Shown here piece after piece: positions 1 through 12,719 of a stretch of DNA of 64,000 bases. The DNA is taken from assembly GCA_016748015.1 (NCBI GenBank), contig JAAOMT010000523.1:742156-806155 (forward strand). Reading direction: 5' to 3'. The notes under the pieces were generated by a model, which was given only the letters and a program-made list of their open reading frames with translations, did no database searches and had not been told where the DNA came from. Numbering within the stretch: the first letter of the stretch is position 1; the number at the start of each line of letters is the position of its first letter. The translations under genes and the position numbers were made by a program. The stretch comes from Geosiphon pyriformis uo1. Its lineage: Eukaryota > Fungi > Glomeromycota.

Positions 1-176
1 CTTGTGTTTTTCTTATACGGGTGATATTTTTGTGCATTTGGGGCTAAATTTGTAACTACTTCTGTTTGGGTATAATTAATGTGGTTTCCAGTAACAATAA
101 TAGATAATTCGGGTATTGTTTTTAAAGCTAACATTAGTTTTTGGGATAATTGTTAAATGTTTTGAGGAATAGACAT
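1..176 (-). pseudogene. Start of an extra ORF downstream of the G1 integrase (unknown function)
   Basis: ATG at 176 reads MSIPQNI*QLSQKLMLALKTIPELSIIVTGNHINY...; same position as, and loosely similar to, the extra ORF at 37989-38645 in G2. Confidence 0.5.
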
Positions 177-329
177 TATAAGAGATTTTAAAATAAAAGA
201 AAATTATTTTTGGTGTATGGGTTTTTATGTTATTTTTGTTTTTGTTTTTGTGAGATTGTTTCTAAATTATAATGATATAACTATAATGATAAATTTAAAT
301 TAAGTGTTCAAGTTGAGAGGTTGTTCAAT

Positions 330-1685
330 GACAACTATTGGTTCTAATTTTCGGAGAATATCTTTGGGATTGATTAAAGGGGAATGTGTACCAATTTGTG
401 GAATTAATGATTCAGGATTGTTTCTGGAATTATAGTGTTTCAAATGATCTCCATGTGCAACTTTTGCTAGGATTTTGTCATTAAGTCTTAGCTTGTATGA
501 TCCGTTGCCTAGGACTTCATGAATAAAGAATGGTCCATCTCATTTATTTTCAAATTTTCCACTCCATTGTTTTTTAGCTTTAGTTCTGTGTAAGAGAACT
601 TTGTTTCTGATTTTAAATCCATTGGTAACTGGAGGCAATTTGTCATTATGCCATTCTTTTTGTTGAGCTTGGGAGTGTTTAATATGGGTGGCTGCTATTT
701 GTCATTTTCTTTTTAACATGCTAAGCAAAGTGTAGGCTCTTTATTGTAGTGTTTCTTAGAAATTGTTTTTATCGATTGTTTGTGTTGGGTATGTTTTCAC
801 AGTGAAACTAATTGGTAATGTTGTTGTTCTTTCATAAGTTAAATTAAATGGTGTGTGTTTTGTGGTATCTTGTTTTAGTGTTCTATATGCCAGTAACACT
901 GATGGAATAAAGAAATCCCATTTTTGCTTAAAATTGGTTGAGACTTTGGCTAATGATTCACACAATGTTTTGTTGAAACATTCTACAAGTCCATTTGTTT
1001 GTGGATAGTAGGACAAAAATAATGGTCTCTTAACATTAAATTGTCCACAAATTTTCTGGATTAAATTGTTCACAAAATGTGTTTCTTGATCAGATAAAAG
1101 TTCTATTGGGCATCTATGTTTACAAATGATGTCTTCATAGATGAAATTTATTACTGATTTCACATCTGCTCATTGAATGGCTCTGGCTTTAGGCCATTTG
1201 GTAAGATAGTCTACAGCTACTGCAATATAACAGTTTCCTTGGTTTGTGATAGGGAGTGGTCCGACTAAATCAATACCAATTCGGTCAAATGGCTGTTCAA
1301 TTTTGATTGGGTTTAAAGGTTCTGTAGGGCGAGTTTCTCTTCTTCTTTGACAACTATTACAAGACTTAACATATTCATAAATGTCTTTTTTCATTTGAGG
1401 CCAAAAATAATATGCTAGTGTTCTCTGGGTGGTGCTTTCTTTTCCTAGGTGTGCTGATGAAGGGTCTGAGTGCATGTTATATAAAATGGTTTCTTTTTCA
1501 TGTTCTTGTATTAATCTAAGCGGATTGTCTGGGTTTCTGAAGTTTCGATAATAAATAATGTTGTTGTGTAAGAAGTATTGTTTGGCTTGTTGTTGTAACC
1601 AATGTTTTTCATTTGGGGACCAATCTGTTGGAATTGTTAATGTCTCCAGATATTGTTTAAGATTGTTGTAATTTTCAGGGTTCAT
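330..1685 (-). pseudogene. Retrotransposon integrase (HHCC zinc domain, rve core, GPF C-terminal part)
   Basis: ORFs 1170-1685 (H..H..YFWP..CNSCQ, PFDRIGIDLVGPLP) and 756-1163 (LSDQETHF, YYPQTNGLVECFN); WDGPF visible near 530-545. Confidence 0.92.
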
Positions 1686-1731
1686 TGTTTGTTGTTTTGT
1701 TGTTAATTCAAATGAGTGTTGTTTTTATGTT

Positions 1732-3100
1732 CTAATCTTGCCTCATTCTTGAGAGACAATCAACATTGGTGTGGAGTTTTCCTGGTTTGTGATGTACAAT
1801 GTATCAGTAGTTGGCTAAAAATCCTGTCCATCAAGTTTGTTTGGCATTTAGCTAAGTGTTTTTGTTTTGAAGCTATTTGAGTCCAATATTATCAGTGATA
1901 ATATCGAATTTTTTGGGTCTGAGGTAAAAGTTGAAGTAATGTAGGGCCCAGATTACTGCTGCAGTTTTTAATTCTGTTGCAGGGTAGTTCTTTTCAGCTG
2001 GCTTCAATGTTTTGCTAGCATAAGCAATTACTTGCTCATTTCTATTGTCATCTAACTGTGATAGGATGGCACCAAAGACAGTATAAGAAGCATCTGTTGC
2101 TAACCAGAATCGGTTACTAAAATCTGGGTAGGTGAAAATTGGAGCTGTGGTTAGTTTTTCTTTGAGAATTTCAAATGCATTTTGGTGTTTAGCAGTCTAT
2201 TTGTATTCGACGTTTTTGGTGGTAAGATAGTTGAGAGGTTTTGTGATTTCTGAGAATCTTTTGATAAACTTTCAATAGTAGAAGGCTAACTCTATAAATC
2301 CTTTTAATTCTGTAGTGTTTTGAGGAGTTTTAAAGTTTTTAACAGTGCTGATTTTTCCAGGGTTTGGTTTGATTCTATCTTTACTAATGACGTGACCAAG
2401 AAAAACCAAGTTTGTTTTTCCAAAGTAGCATTTTTTGATGTTGAGTTTCAGTCCTGTTTTTTGTAATCATTGAAATACTTCTCACAGGTGTTTTAAGTGT
2501 AATTTGAACGATGGAAAATAAACATTAGTATCGTCAAGATAAATGACTACTGACTTCCAAAGAAGTCCTTTGTACACAATATCCATTAATCTCTGAAATG
2601 TTGCTGGTGCATTGCATAATCTGAAAGGCATTACATTGAATTCATAGTTTCCTCCTTGGGTTGTGAAGGCTGTTTTGGGACAATCTTTGGAATCCATAGC
2701 AACTTGCCAGTATTCACTTTCTAGATCTAGTGTTGAAAAGTATTTGGATTTTCCAAGAGCATCTAACATGTCATCAATTCAGAAAAGAGGGTAGACATCT
2801 CCCATGGTGATGTTGTTGAGTTGTCGATAATCAACACAAAATCATATCTTTCCATTTTTCTTTTTAACTAGAACCACAGGCAAGGCTCATGAACTCATTG
2901 ATGGTTGAATAAGCCTATTGTTAAGTATCTGTTGTACTTCTTCTTGGATAAATTGGTGACTTTCTGGAGCAACTCGGTAGGCTTGTTGTCGCCTTGGTTT
3001 GGCATCTCCTATATAGATTTGGTGTTAAACCAAATCAGTTCTTCCTAAGTCATTGTTGTTTTCGGCAAAGATATTGGCAAAGATATCGGCAAATTTTGTA
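1732..3100 (-). pseudogene. Reverse transcriptase and RNase H of G1
   Basis: ORF 2482-2769 LDLESEYWQ, KTAFTT, MPFRLCNAPATFQ, YLDD; RNase H remnants ATDAS, VIAYASK, KPGKLHTNVDCLSR. Confidence 0.92.
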
Positions 3101-3579
3101 ATTAGCTCTTTAAGCTGGTTTTGTTGTTGTGGTTCAAGTTGTTCCATGTTAATTCGAAATAGTTTTTCTATAACAACATGGTAGTTTTCAGAGCTGGTGT
3201 TTGGGTTGATTTTTGGTAGTAAATGTTCAATAATTTCAGAGAAATCAGGGATTGTTTGGGGTAATTCTTATTGAAAAATATTGTTGTGAATAACTCCAAT
3301 TTCTAAGTTATTTAATAAAACTATGGAGAAATTGTTGGGATTGTAAAAAATAACTTAGATTTTCTTTGTTCCTTCTGGAATATAAATATTTGGGATCAAA
3401 ATATTATATTCCAAGCAGATTTGTTCATTGAACTCAAAAATTTGTTGTGTGGTTGTTGGCTTTTCACAAGTGTAAATTTCAGGGTGTTCTTCAAAAGGTG
3501 AAATGATAATTGGTTGTAAAAGTTGTAAAATCTGGTGAGATTCTTTCTGTTTGTTGAGAGCTATGTTTACTGGAACTGT

Positions 3580-3975
3580 GAATTGTCCAGTTGAACCAAA
3601 ACCTTGGGTTCCTTTTTCACTTTTTCCCAATAGTTCTCTTTGATTGACTAATTGTAAATCCGAAATGTTGATTAAGAGTAAATAAATGGCTTGGGCAATT
3701 TTCTCAGCATGTTCAATCTTAAACAGCTTGTCAGTTTTGTTTTGGAGTATTACTGTTATGTCACCAGTATATCCAGCATCAATTATTCCTCCTCTGACAT
3801 TGATTCCTTTGCTTGACAGAGAGGACTGGGAGGTGATTTGAACCATTGCTCCTGGCAGAATTTTGAGAGCAATTTTGAGGTTAATTTTTGTGAGAGATTT
3901 GGGTTTGAGAATAAGAGTATCCTTGTCTGGATATCTTAGGTCATATTCAGTATCAATTTCATGTACTTTTTAGGA
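3580..3975 (-). pseudogene. dUTPase domain of G1 pol
   Basis: Motifs EYDLRYP, SQSSL, GGIIDAGYTGDI, KIAQAI, KGTQGFGSTG in and upstream of ORF 3355-3846. Confidence 0.9.
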
Positions 3976-4099
3976 TTTTATTCCTTGTCCATTGTTGTTG
4001 AAGTATTTGAGTTGTAAGGCAGGCTGGTTTTCAATGAGATAGATGGGTGTTGCTTTAATTTCTTCTGCTGCTTCAGGTTCTCCAAATTTAATTTCGTTC

Positions 4100-4900
4100 T
4101 CATCATTTTTACTGGACAGAGGAATGCTAAGAGCATAGCATTCAGGACACTACTGTTCATCACAAGACATAATGCATTCTTCACATAGTCTAATGTTTAT
4201 TTGCTCTAATCATTGAATTTGAGCTTCTTGGGTTGAGTAAATGTGACTTGGAATTTGGTAGTAGACTTCTACTTCATCTTCGTAATCAAATCCAGCTAAT
4301 TCTATAATGTATTTAATGTATTCTGCTTCCTTCATTTAATGAACATTTTCTTTGGTAGCTCCATTAATTAATACCATTGTTAGGTTGAAAATCATCTCAG
4401 CATTATGGGGGTAGTGATAAAATTTGTTGAGAGCACTGTTGTATGCCACATTAAAGGGTGTTCCTCTTTTTACTTTTTCTGAAATTGATAAAGCATATTG
4501 GCAGGTCTGATTGCAGACTCCTCCTCTTATTGCTACATCAATCCAATTGCATTCTTCTGATAGCATATCTCTACAAGTCAAACAAGGGGTGTTATCTTAT
4601 TTTCCACTTCTTTTTATTAGATGGCCCCATTGTTCTTTGTGACAAGCCTTGCAGTAATAACAAGTATAATTTTCATATTCTTCTTCAGGTGAAATGCAGG
4701 CTCCTATTGAGGAGAGCTTCTTGTGGCAGTCCTTGCATTTGAGTGGAATGTAGGGGTGTTGTTTTTGTGGTTCTGGTTTTGAATAGGGGACATTCCATTT
4801 GGTTGTCACTGGTTCTTTTGTTTCAAAAGAATCATTTGTTGAAAAGTACTGTTGTTCAGTTTCATTGGCCCAATTGGAGGTTGATCCAAGTGCCATAAAT
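4100..4900 (-). pseudogene. Cys-rich domain between protease and dUTPase (G1)
   Basis: CKDC, CYYCKAC, PCLTC, GGVCNQTC clusters in ORFs 4597-4896 and 4336-4581; homologous segments occur in G2 and G3. Confidence 0.7.
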
Positions 4901-5007
4901 GTTTCAATGATGGACTTTTCTTCTTCCAGTTTGAATTTAAAAGCTGGGGCTTTTTTGGAGCATTTGTTGAATGTACCACAAGTGGCAGATACCCAGGCGT
5001 GTTGTCC

Positions 5008-5340
5008 TTAGTAGGAAATTGTTAACTCTTGTCTCTCCCAATTCAGATTAGCATTGGCTTTTTGAAGCCAATTATTTCTAACAAAAGCTTGGTACTGAGA
5101 CACGTCCATTACAAGAACTTTGACTGGAATAATGATTCCATCAAGAGTGAACAGAAAATTGTCAATTTCTCCTACTGGAGTCTTTTTCATGTTATCAGCA
5201 GTAATGATTACTGTTTGAGCTGGTTGGTCGACATTTCTCTTTAACTGTTGCATTAACTGGTAAGTGATGATGCTTCTGGCAGATCTACTGTCTAGGATCA
5301 AGTAAATTGCCTTTTCTTCGACTTTTGCTTCAGTGTACAT
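5008..5340 (-). pseudogene. Retroviral-type aspartic protease of G1
   Basis: LILDSRSA (decayed LILDSGSA); the homologous ORFs in G2 and G3 retain LILDSGSA. Confidence 0.88.
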
Positions 5341-5689
5341 AGCAGTGATTGCTTTTTGTTTGTTGGTGGCTGCATTGCTAAGCAGGAATAGTGATTCATT
5401 TGCTTCAAACTTAAAAAGAAATATGTCTAAAAGGTTGGTGTTTTCAGCAATTCTGGCTGGTGGGATTGTGGTAGGAGTATAGAAAAGGTTTTATTGTCAT
5501 GCTGCAGCTCTACCTTCTGAGAGTGCAGTATGGTAAAAATCTTGTTCTTCAGGTATTGTAAGATAGCTAGGTTGAGTATGATAATGGGTGGGTCTTAGCT
5601 AAGCTGGATTTTGGAGAACTAATTGGTTGTTCAAATTAATTCTATTGTTGTTTACTTGGTATTGGTTTTGTGGTGTAAATTGATTTTGC

Positions 5690-7377
5690 AGGATTAATCT
5701 TTGAGTAGACACCTGATAATGTTGTGTGGGTGGTTGTTGGTATTGCTGTTGAATTGGCTGTGGGGCAGACTGATAATAGTTACTTTGATATTGGGATCTT
5801 GGTAGATAGTAAGCTGGTGGTGGTTGTTAATAATAAGATTGCTGTGGTGGAGGGTAACATTGATTACTCCTATTTTGTTGGTCTCATTGTAGCTTTCTGC
5901 AATCTCTTTTCCAGTGGCCAGGAATTCCACAGTAATGGCAACTCTGAAACTGGTTATTAGAGAGTGATGTAAAATTGTTTTGATTCCGTCTTTGGGGTGG
6001 TTAATATCTTTGGAGTTGCTGTTTTTGTTGGTTGGTGAAATAGTTTTTGACTTTTTTTGCGAGTTAGTCAATTTTCTCTTCAGCTGCTGAGCTGGTTTCT
6101 TCAATGGCTAAGTTCACAAGTTTTGTATAATTGGCTTCTTCTATGGCCATTTCATATCTCTTTGCATGCTGAATGGCAGAGTTTAAATCTTCTGGGACAT
6201 GTGGGCAAACCTTTTTAATCAGTTTATCCTTTAAACCAGTGATAAATTGATCCAAAATTTGAGCATCAGAATAATAATCATTAGTTTCAAGTTGGTGAAT
6301 TTGTCTAAGAAGTTTGTTGAATTTCCCAATATAAGTCATAACAGATTCGAAGGGTTCTTGTTTGATATTGCAAAAATGATTTCGAAGAGTGATTAAGGTG
6401 TTGTTATCAGTGAATTGTTTTAAGAAGGCAGTTTTGAAAGCTGTCCAGTCATTAAAAGAGGTGGTCAAGTTTTCAAACTATTCATCTGCTGTTCCTTTGA
6501 GAAAGTAGGGAATTGTTCTTAACATTCTGGCAGCATTCCATCCATTTGCATCTCCAGCTTTAGTAACTTGGTTGAGTCATTCTTGGGGACTGGTTTCAAT
6601 GTCTTCTCCATTGAATTCAAGAATTTTTGTGATATATGCTGTCATTTTGTCTTTTTTGTTTTCACTGTCTATTGATTTTTCTTCAGATATTTCAGAGTCA
6701 TTTTCTTCGTTCGCTGCTGTCTCAGAGTGTTCACTTCGATTTTCAGCTAGAAAGTCAAGGAGATTAGAACTAATTTAAAGAGATTCTTGTTGTCTGGTGG
6801 GACTTTTGGGTGATGTAAAATCTTCTAGTTTTGCAAATCAATTTAAGGGTGAATTAGATGTTTGTGCTTGTGCAAGTGAAGCTGGAAAAGATGTGATAGT
6901 AAGTGGAAGTTTTGAACTGGTTCCTTGTTCAGGTGTTTGTAAGTATTTGGCAGTTGTTTTTGGTAGTATTGAAGTATTTGGGGTGGTTTTTGAGTATTGC
7001 TTCAATTTTTGTTTGCCTTTGTTGCTTGTTTCTGTTTCTGATTCAAAATCAATGGAGTATTGAGACTGCACTAGATATGTTTCTTTACAGTACTTGATAA
7101 TGTTAAAATTTAGTTCTTGAAAGTAAGTGGCAAGTGTTTCACTGTTAAGGTCTTCAGTTTCCAACTGTGAATAGTGTACTAAATTATTGTAAAGGTTGCT
7201 TCTAACTTCTGAAATATTGTAATTTCCAAAAAGATAATTGTTGATGCGGTTTTCAATGTATTGGTATACTGATTTCTTGACAACTTCAATTCCGTCTGGA
7301 ATGTTGAATCTTTGCTTGCAGTGAGTGTAAATTGATTGGTAATACTCTAGAGTTGTTGTGTCTGGTGTGGTTGCCAC
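5690..7377 (-). pseudogene. gag of G1 (long N-terminal extension, retrotransposon capsid, CCHC knuckle)
   Basis: ORF 6064-6468 (WTAFKTAFLKQF..KQEPFESVMTY..QFITGL); CHYCGIPGHWKRDC at ~5898-5940. Confidence 0.88.
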
Positions 7378-7409
7378 TTTGAAGTTGTTTTGCTGTGTTG
7401 TTTCTGTGG

Positions 7410-7419
7410 GAGAGCACCA
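7410..7419 (-). promoter_or_regulatory. Primer-binding site of G1
   Basis: TGGTGCTCTC two bases after the LTR end (...GTAACA); same PBS core in G2 and G3; cognate tRNA not identified. Confidence 0.85.
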
Positions 7420-7421
7420 AA

Positions 7422-8220
7422 TGTTACTGGAGGTTTTTGGTCTCTTCTTAGCTCTTGTATGTTTGTTGTAATGCTGTTAATTTACGATTATAGAAAGTGT
7501 TTGAACCTCTGATAACTGAATTTATCTTCAAATTATCTTCTATAATTTGAACTGCTGGGCTTATAAGTGGAATGACCAAGTCCATGCCAGTTACTTTGTA
7601 TAGTTATGTTGTAGTAAATGTCAACTCTTTCCCAGGAATTGCTCATCTGGAAGCTCACTAAAAATGTGTAGTTACTTTGCTGTGAAAGTCAACTCTTCTA
7701 TAGAAATTCTCATCCGTAGGCTACCCAAATGATTTATAATAAGAAAAGAAAGAGAATAAAAGAAATGTAAAAAAAAAAGTAAAACTGATGATTTATGGAA
7801 GTCATTTTGGATCCAAGCCTGGAAGTGCTTTAACAGTCTACTGAAATTGGTAGCTAATCAATTTCAACCTGTTAGTAGAAATTGGTTAATTTTAAAGGAA
7901 ATAATTAAGAATTTGGCTTTTTGAATTTATTTGATATTTATTTTGTTTTTATGTGTAAAGAATGATTCTAATTATTAAATCTGAAGTAAAATACATTTTC
8001 TCAAAGAGAGAAGCTCTTCTTTTATACAACTTGTTGTAACACTATTTTATAAACTTGAACTTTGCTCTTTTCTACAATTTTGCTGAACTAAAGATATATT
8101 TTGGTGAACTACAAGTTATTTCTGCGAACTATTAAATATTTTGGTACACTATCAATTATTTCAGCAAATTTCTACAAATTTCGGCGAACTTTTAAATGTT
8201 ACATATTTCGGGGTATTACA
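7422..8220 (-). repeat. 5' LTR of G1 (~800 bp)
   Basis: On the minus strand begins TGTAATA and ends GTAACA next to the PBS; ~20-bp GAACT-type tandem repeats at ~8050-8190. The outer end is inferred from the TG..CA termini only. Confidence 0.7.
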
Positions 8221-8374
8221 TGATTGATTATCGCACTTAGGTTACATTTGTGTTATATACAAATTGGGTTATTAATTAAATGATAATTTTGGACATTTTG
8301 CTAATGTAATAAGTAATAATTTGAAACGATAATATATGTTAATTAATGATAAAATTTATAAGGGTAATTTCATG

Positions 8375-10085
8375 CTAAACAATATCTCTAATTTTGTCTG
8401 GTAACAACAGATTAAGAACTGCACCCATACTCAAGCACAAATTCAACAAATTCAAAAAACAGGCCAAAATCTCCCCACCACAATGCTTCCAAAATTCATT
8501 AGGCATTCCAGATAACCTAGCTGCTTTATCATTTGGCAGATTATCAACAACCAGAGACAATTTTTCCATACCAATATTAACTATTACATCAGAGAAAGCA
8601 TTATCATCTACATAATTTAAAGGCATATTGTTGAGCCTAAAGGTCAGGTATTACTGGAAGAACTGATTACTTCCTTGTCCATTATTTCATAATTTTATTA
8701 ATCTTGAGCTTTACCTTATTAGGCTCAATCACCAGCTCATCATTTACTACCAAGTGATTCAAAACCACCTTGTAAAATAAACATTTTAGAATGCTTTTTA
8801 TCATCTTTCCTTTATCAGAACAGAAATTTTCCATATAATAGTCAATTGCCTTTCTTATAGCAGTATTTTCAGCAATTTTAGACTCATAATATTTGGACTT
8901 ACAATACCCTTTCTTTATTACCGACAAATGTTTAATCAGCTCCATCAAGCTTACACTATTCAAAACTATGCTATCAATCTTAGAAGCTTTAACTATATCA
9001 ATAGCCAACCAGATCTTAATAAGGTGGTTGAAATTCAAGAGATCATCAGAGTTTTAATATTTCACAACCTTTGCAACAAACAGCTCTAATTTAAAGAATT
9101 TGGAAGATTGTTTATTCCTCGAACAGTTATATTCATTATATTATATCCTAGAGAAAACTGTGTCAGCAGTCTGTACTATGACCTCTTTCAACATCTTCCA
9201 CATTGTATTCAAGTTACCATTGACTTTTGTCTCCTTAAACATGTCTGACCTAACCAAAAACTTGGCAGAAGAGCAGTCTTTAAAGCTTAACTATTGAACA
9301 TTATCTGCATTTTTTAATTTGAACTTTTACCGGTCATGGTTGGCTTGTTTGTGAATGCTAATAAGATGTGTATTCAGCAGTCCATCTAAACCAATTGAAA
9401 TGAAAACTGACTTATGATCTGTATCAAAAAACTCAAACACACTATTGACAAAATACAATGCCATAGCAGATGCCAAATTTTCACTTACTAGAATAAAATC
9501 AATCACTTTTTCAACACCCTTAGAATTGCTCCAGGTAGAAGCCTTGGCCAATAAGTGTCCATTAAAAGTATTAACCAGACCCAAACCCAAACAGAACTTG
9601 AAACTTGCACTTTTGCTAGACCCATTTTCATTAAAGTCACCACCTATAACCACAAAAGAGCTGGAATTAACCACCTTGGAAACCATAGAATTAATATCAA
9701 CAGCTTAACAAAACTGTGTGCTGATGGATGCACTAGTATACAGACCTAAGATCATAATTGAAAGCTTGTTCTTAAACAGAAGGCACACAGAAATCAAATG
9801 ACCAGGAACCTCATCCATTTTTGAAACATGCTGAGCCAAAGAATTGTTCATAATTATGGCAACTCCAACACCACAAAACCCAACATCTAAGCCAAAAGTA
9901 AAAACCCGAAGTCTATCAAATTTATTCATGATCCAAGGCCTAATGTCAGATCTTAATTTAGTCTCAGTAACAATTAAAATCATATTTCCTAAATCCTTAT
10001 GCCAACAAACAATGTTTTCCTGTTTAGCTAAATTAGTCATACCCCTAATATTACATGTAGCCACTCTTCAAATGAACTCACTCAT
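8375..10085 (-). pseudogene. LINE ORF2: AP endonuclease and pre-RT region
   Basis: ATCNIRG, ETKL, GGDFN, TWSN, IDFILVS, DTDH motifs; LPNDKAARLSGMPNEFWK (decayed KAxGxSG pre-RT motif) in 8375-8626. Confidence 0.88.
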
Positions 10086-11953
10086 TGATGCAAAGAATGT
10101 ACTAAAGAACCTGAATTTATGCACAACAGATCTAACTTCCCCAAGATCAAGCCAATAGAAACCTCAAGAGCCATTATCTTGGATTTCAAACTGCCAACTT
10201 TGGAGATAAGAACTTTTGAACTGCTTGGATCTAGATCCACCATCTTGTCTTCTAATACTAAAAAAAAGGAAGGAAGAGATGGTCATAAGACATTCAGAAC
10301 CATAACAGTATCTGGTGATGCCAAAGTAGGGACAGAAGTGGCTGAAGATACAACTTAAGTAATAGGCACCAGGGGCACCAGCTCTATACCATTTAATCTA
10401 CACATGATACCTGACACTTGATCAGCTAGCAACTTTAAAGAACATTCAAGCAAAGCTAGGCAATCATTAATTGAGAATTCATTTTGAACAACCAGCATGC
10501 TTCTCTTAATACCTGAAAAACCAGAAGGAAAAGGATCAGACCTAGAACCAGAGTTGAAATAGAGATTACCAGAAGGAAAAGCAAGTGAGACCACTTACAC
10601 CCAAGATTTGCCACCAAAGACAGCAGATCTAGAAATAGGAATATTCTTTTTAGCATACAATTTTGCTAGCTAAAGATGATAGTCTTCTGAAGTAATTCTT
10701 TTAACAATTTTCGAAGGTTTGGCAATAGATAGAGATAGTACATTACACTCTAAAGCTGAATGGCCAAGATAACCATATTTTTCACAGCAAACCAAGTCCA
10801 ATCTAGTTCAAGATAATTTAACACCACTAAATATTGGCTCAGTATGATAAGCAGATTCCATTGCATCTTCAAACTCAAAGCCAATCACAGCACAGTGAAT
10901 CCTATTGCCAGAATTCAATAAACAATTTATAATACAAGTCTTCTTACCAACTCCTTCCAAAAAAGTGCCCAAATTATGAGCAGTCATTCTCATAGACAAA
11001 GTAAACAGCAAAGCCCTGAACTGGTTTCTTGATACCCATGTTCCATAATCTCTCACAGTCATAACCACTCGCACCAATCAAAAAGAACTATTTAGCAGCT
11101 AAATGTTCAGTCTGACTTAGTTCTGCAAATTCCACCACCACTTTTTGCCACAATCCAATAAGTTGAATTTTGATTGACTTAATTTCACCAAACTCAGCTA
11201 GTGCAGCGACGATCATTTCTTTTAGTATATCTATGGAAATTTCTTTGATGACCACAGCCCAATTTGAACAAATTTTTTGTTTCTTGAGATTAGTGTTTAC
11301 AATAATCCCTTTTTCCTTGGCCAATAATGCAGCTTTTTCCATACTGCTCTCTGATGTAAAGGTAGATCTGATGATCTCTTCAAATTTTAAGGGGATAGTG
11401 GTTTCCCCAAAACCATTGATTGTTAAAAAAATTTTTCTAATGAGTTGGGTTTTTGCCATCACCGATTTCCCTTCTACAGCCGAGAGATTAATATCCAAAG
11501 CAAATGATTTTTTAATTGATACCTCCACAGAAGTCTTAATAATTTTTGGATTAATTCACTTTTTTTTCAAAGAAATAGACAAGCAAGAAAGAAACACAAT
11601 TTCATCATCATCTATAGTAAAATCAGGAGAGCCAAGTAGAGAGCCAAACATAGTACCAGTATTGATACATTTCACCTTGGGAGTGGTTGCAACCAAACCC
11701 AAAAGAAACCTTCTATTTACATCAGTCATGCCAATATCTTCATTATCATCAAACAGACTATCTACATTAGAATACACACTATTATCAGGCCCAGATTTAC
11801 TCAAAGAAATATCCTTCTCATCACCAGAGTGTTTAACATTCCCAAGAACCACTTTTTTTTCTGAGTAAAAGAACCACCAGTAGGACCATAGAAAACATCT
11901 TTGGGCACTTTCTTTTTTGACATATCACTGCTCGAAACAGTTTTTAAATCCAT
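10082..11953 (-). pseudogene. LINE ORF1 (nucleic-acid-binding, RRM-like plus zinc knuckle)
   Basis: ORF fragments 11088-11528 and 10808-11077; CEKYGYLGHSALEC at ~10745-10790; lies directly upstream of the endonuclease. Confidence 0.75.
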
Positions 11954-12719
11954 AACAAAAGGGTTATTATTTAAAAAAATGTTGAAAAAAACTAACAAGA
12001 AAAAATAGAAAACTTTTTTTTTAGAAAATGTGCTTTTTGAGGATTTTTAGAGGTAAGAAAGAAAGAAGTTATAAATTAATTATATAATTAATATATTAAT
12101 TAATTAAAAATATAAGTCTATATAAAATAATTATTGTTTATTATATATATAATTGTTTATAAAATACAATTTTTTTTTTGAAATATAAAACATAATTTTA
12201 CTTTTTACAAAGTAATTGTAAAATTTAATAACAAAAATTAATTTGTTAAAATTTTTAATTTTAATTTTATATAATTCAAAATAATCCTTAAATATTTTTT
12301 TGGTTTTTTTTAATGCTTTAGCTAAAAATTATTCTGTTTGTAAAATAATTTTTTATTTATTATTAATTTAGATAACTGATTATACATAGTTTTTTGTACA
12401 ATTTACATTTAATATATAATAAATACATTGTATAAAAATAGTTGGTAGTTGGATTATATTATAAATGCAAAAAAAACAATTATTAATTAAATATATAAAC
12501 ATATAATATTTTGGTTAAAATTTTAATAATTTTTTTTTAAAATTACTTAAATTTTATATTTATATGTTTTTATTAAAAATTACTTATTTCTCAAAATTGG
12601 TAAAATATTAAAAATTGATAACAAAAATAAATACTAAATCGGGTGGCTGGTCACGTGTTGAAACCGCACGATCCACGTCTATAGTTGCCTTTGTTGTACC
12701 TAGCAAATAAAATAAAACA

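Larger units (their letters stand above)
1..8220 (-). mobile_element. Ty3/Gypsy LTR retrotransposon with dUTPase (element G1), decayed; 3' end lies outside the window
   Basis: Minus-strand order LTR-PBS-gag-CCHC-protease-Cys-rich-dUTPase-RT-RNaseH-integrase (RT before IN = Ty3/Gypsy order); many stops and frameshifts. Confidence 0.93.
8375..12060 (-). mobile_element. Non-LTR (LINE-like) retrotransposon, 3'-truncated at the start of RT
   Basis: ORF1 with RRM-like segments and a decayed CCHC knuckle, followed by an AP-endonuclease ORF2. Confidence 0.85.

Noticed and set aside
11170-11868. 232-aa plus-strand ORF and similar antisense ORFs (e.g. 29760-30320)
   Set aside because: Shadow frames opposite LINE ORF1 with no independent motifs.
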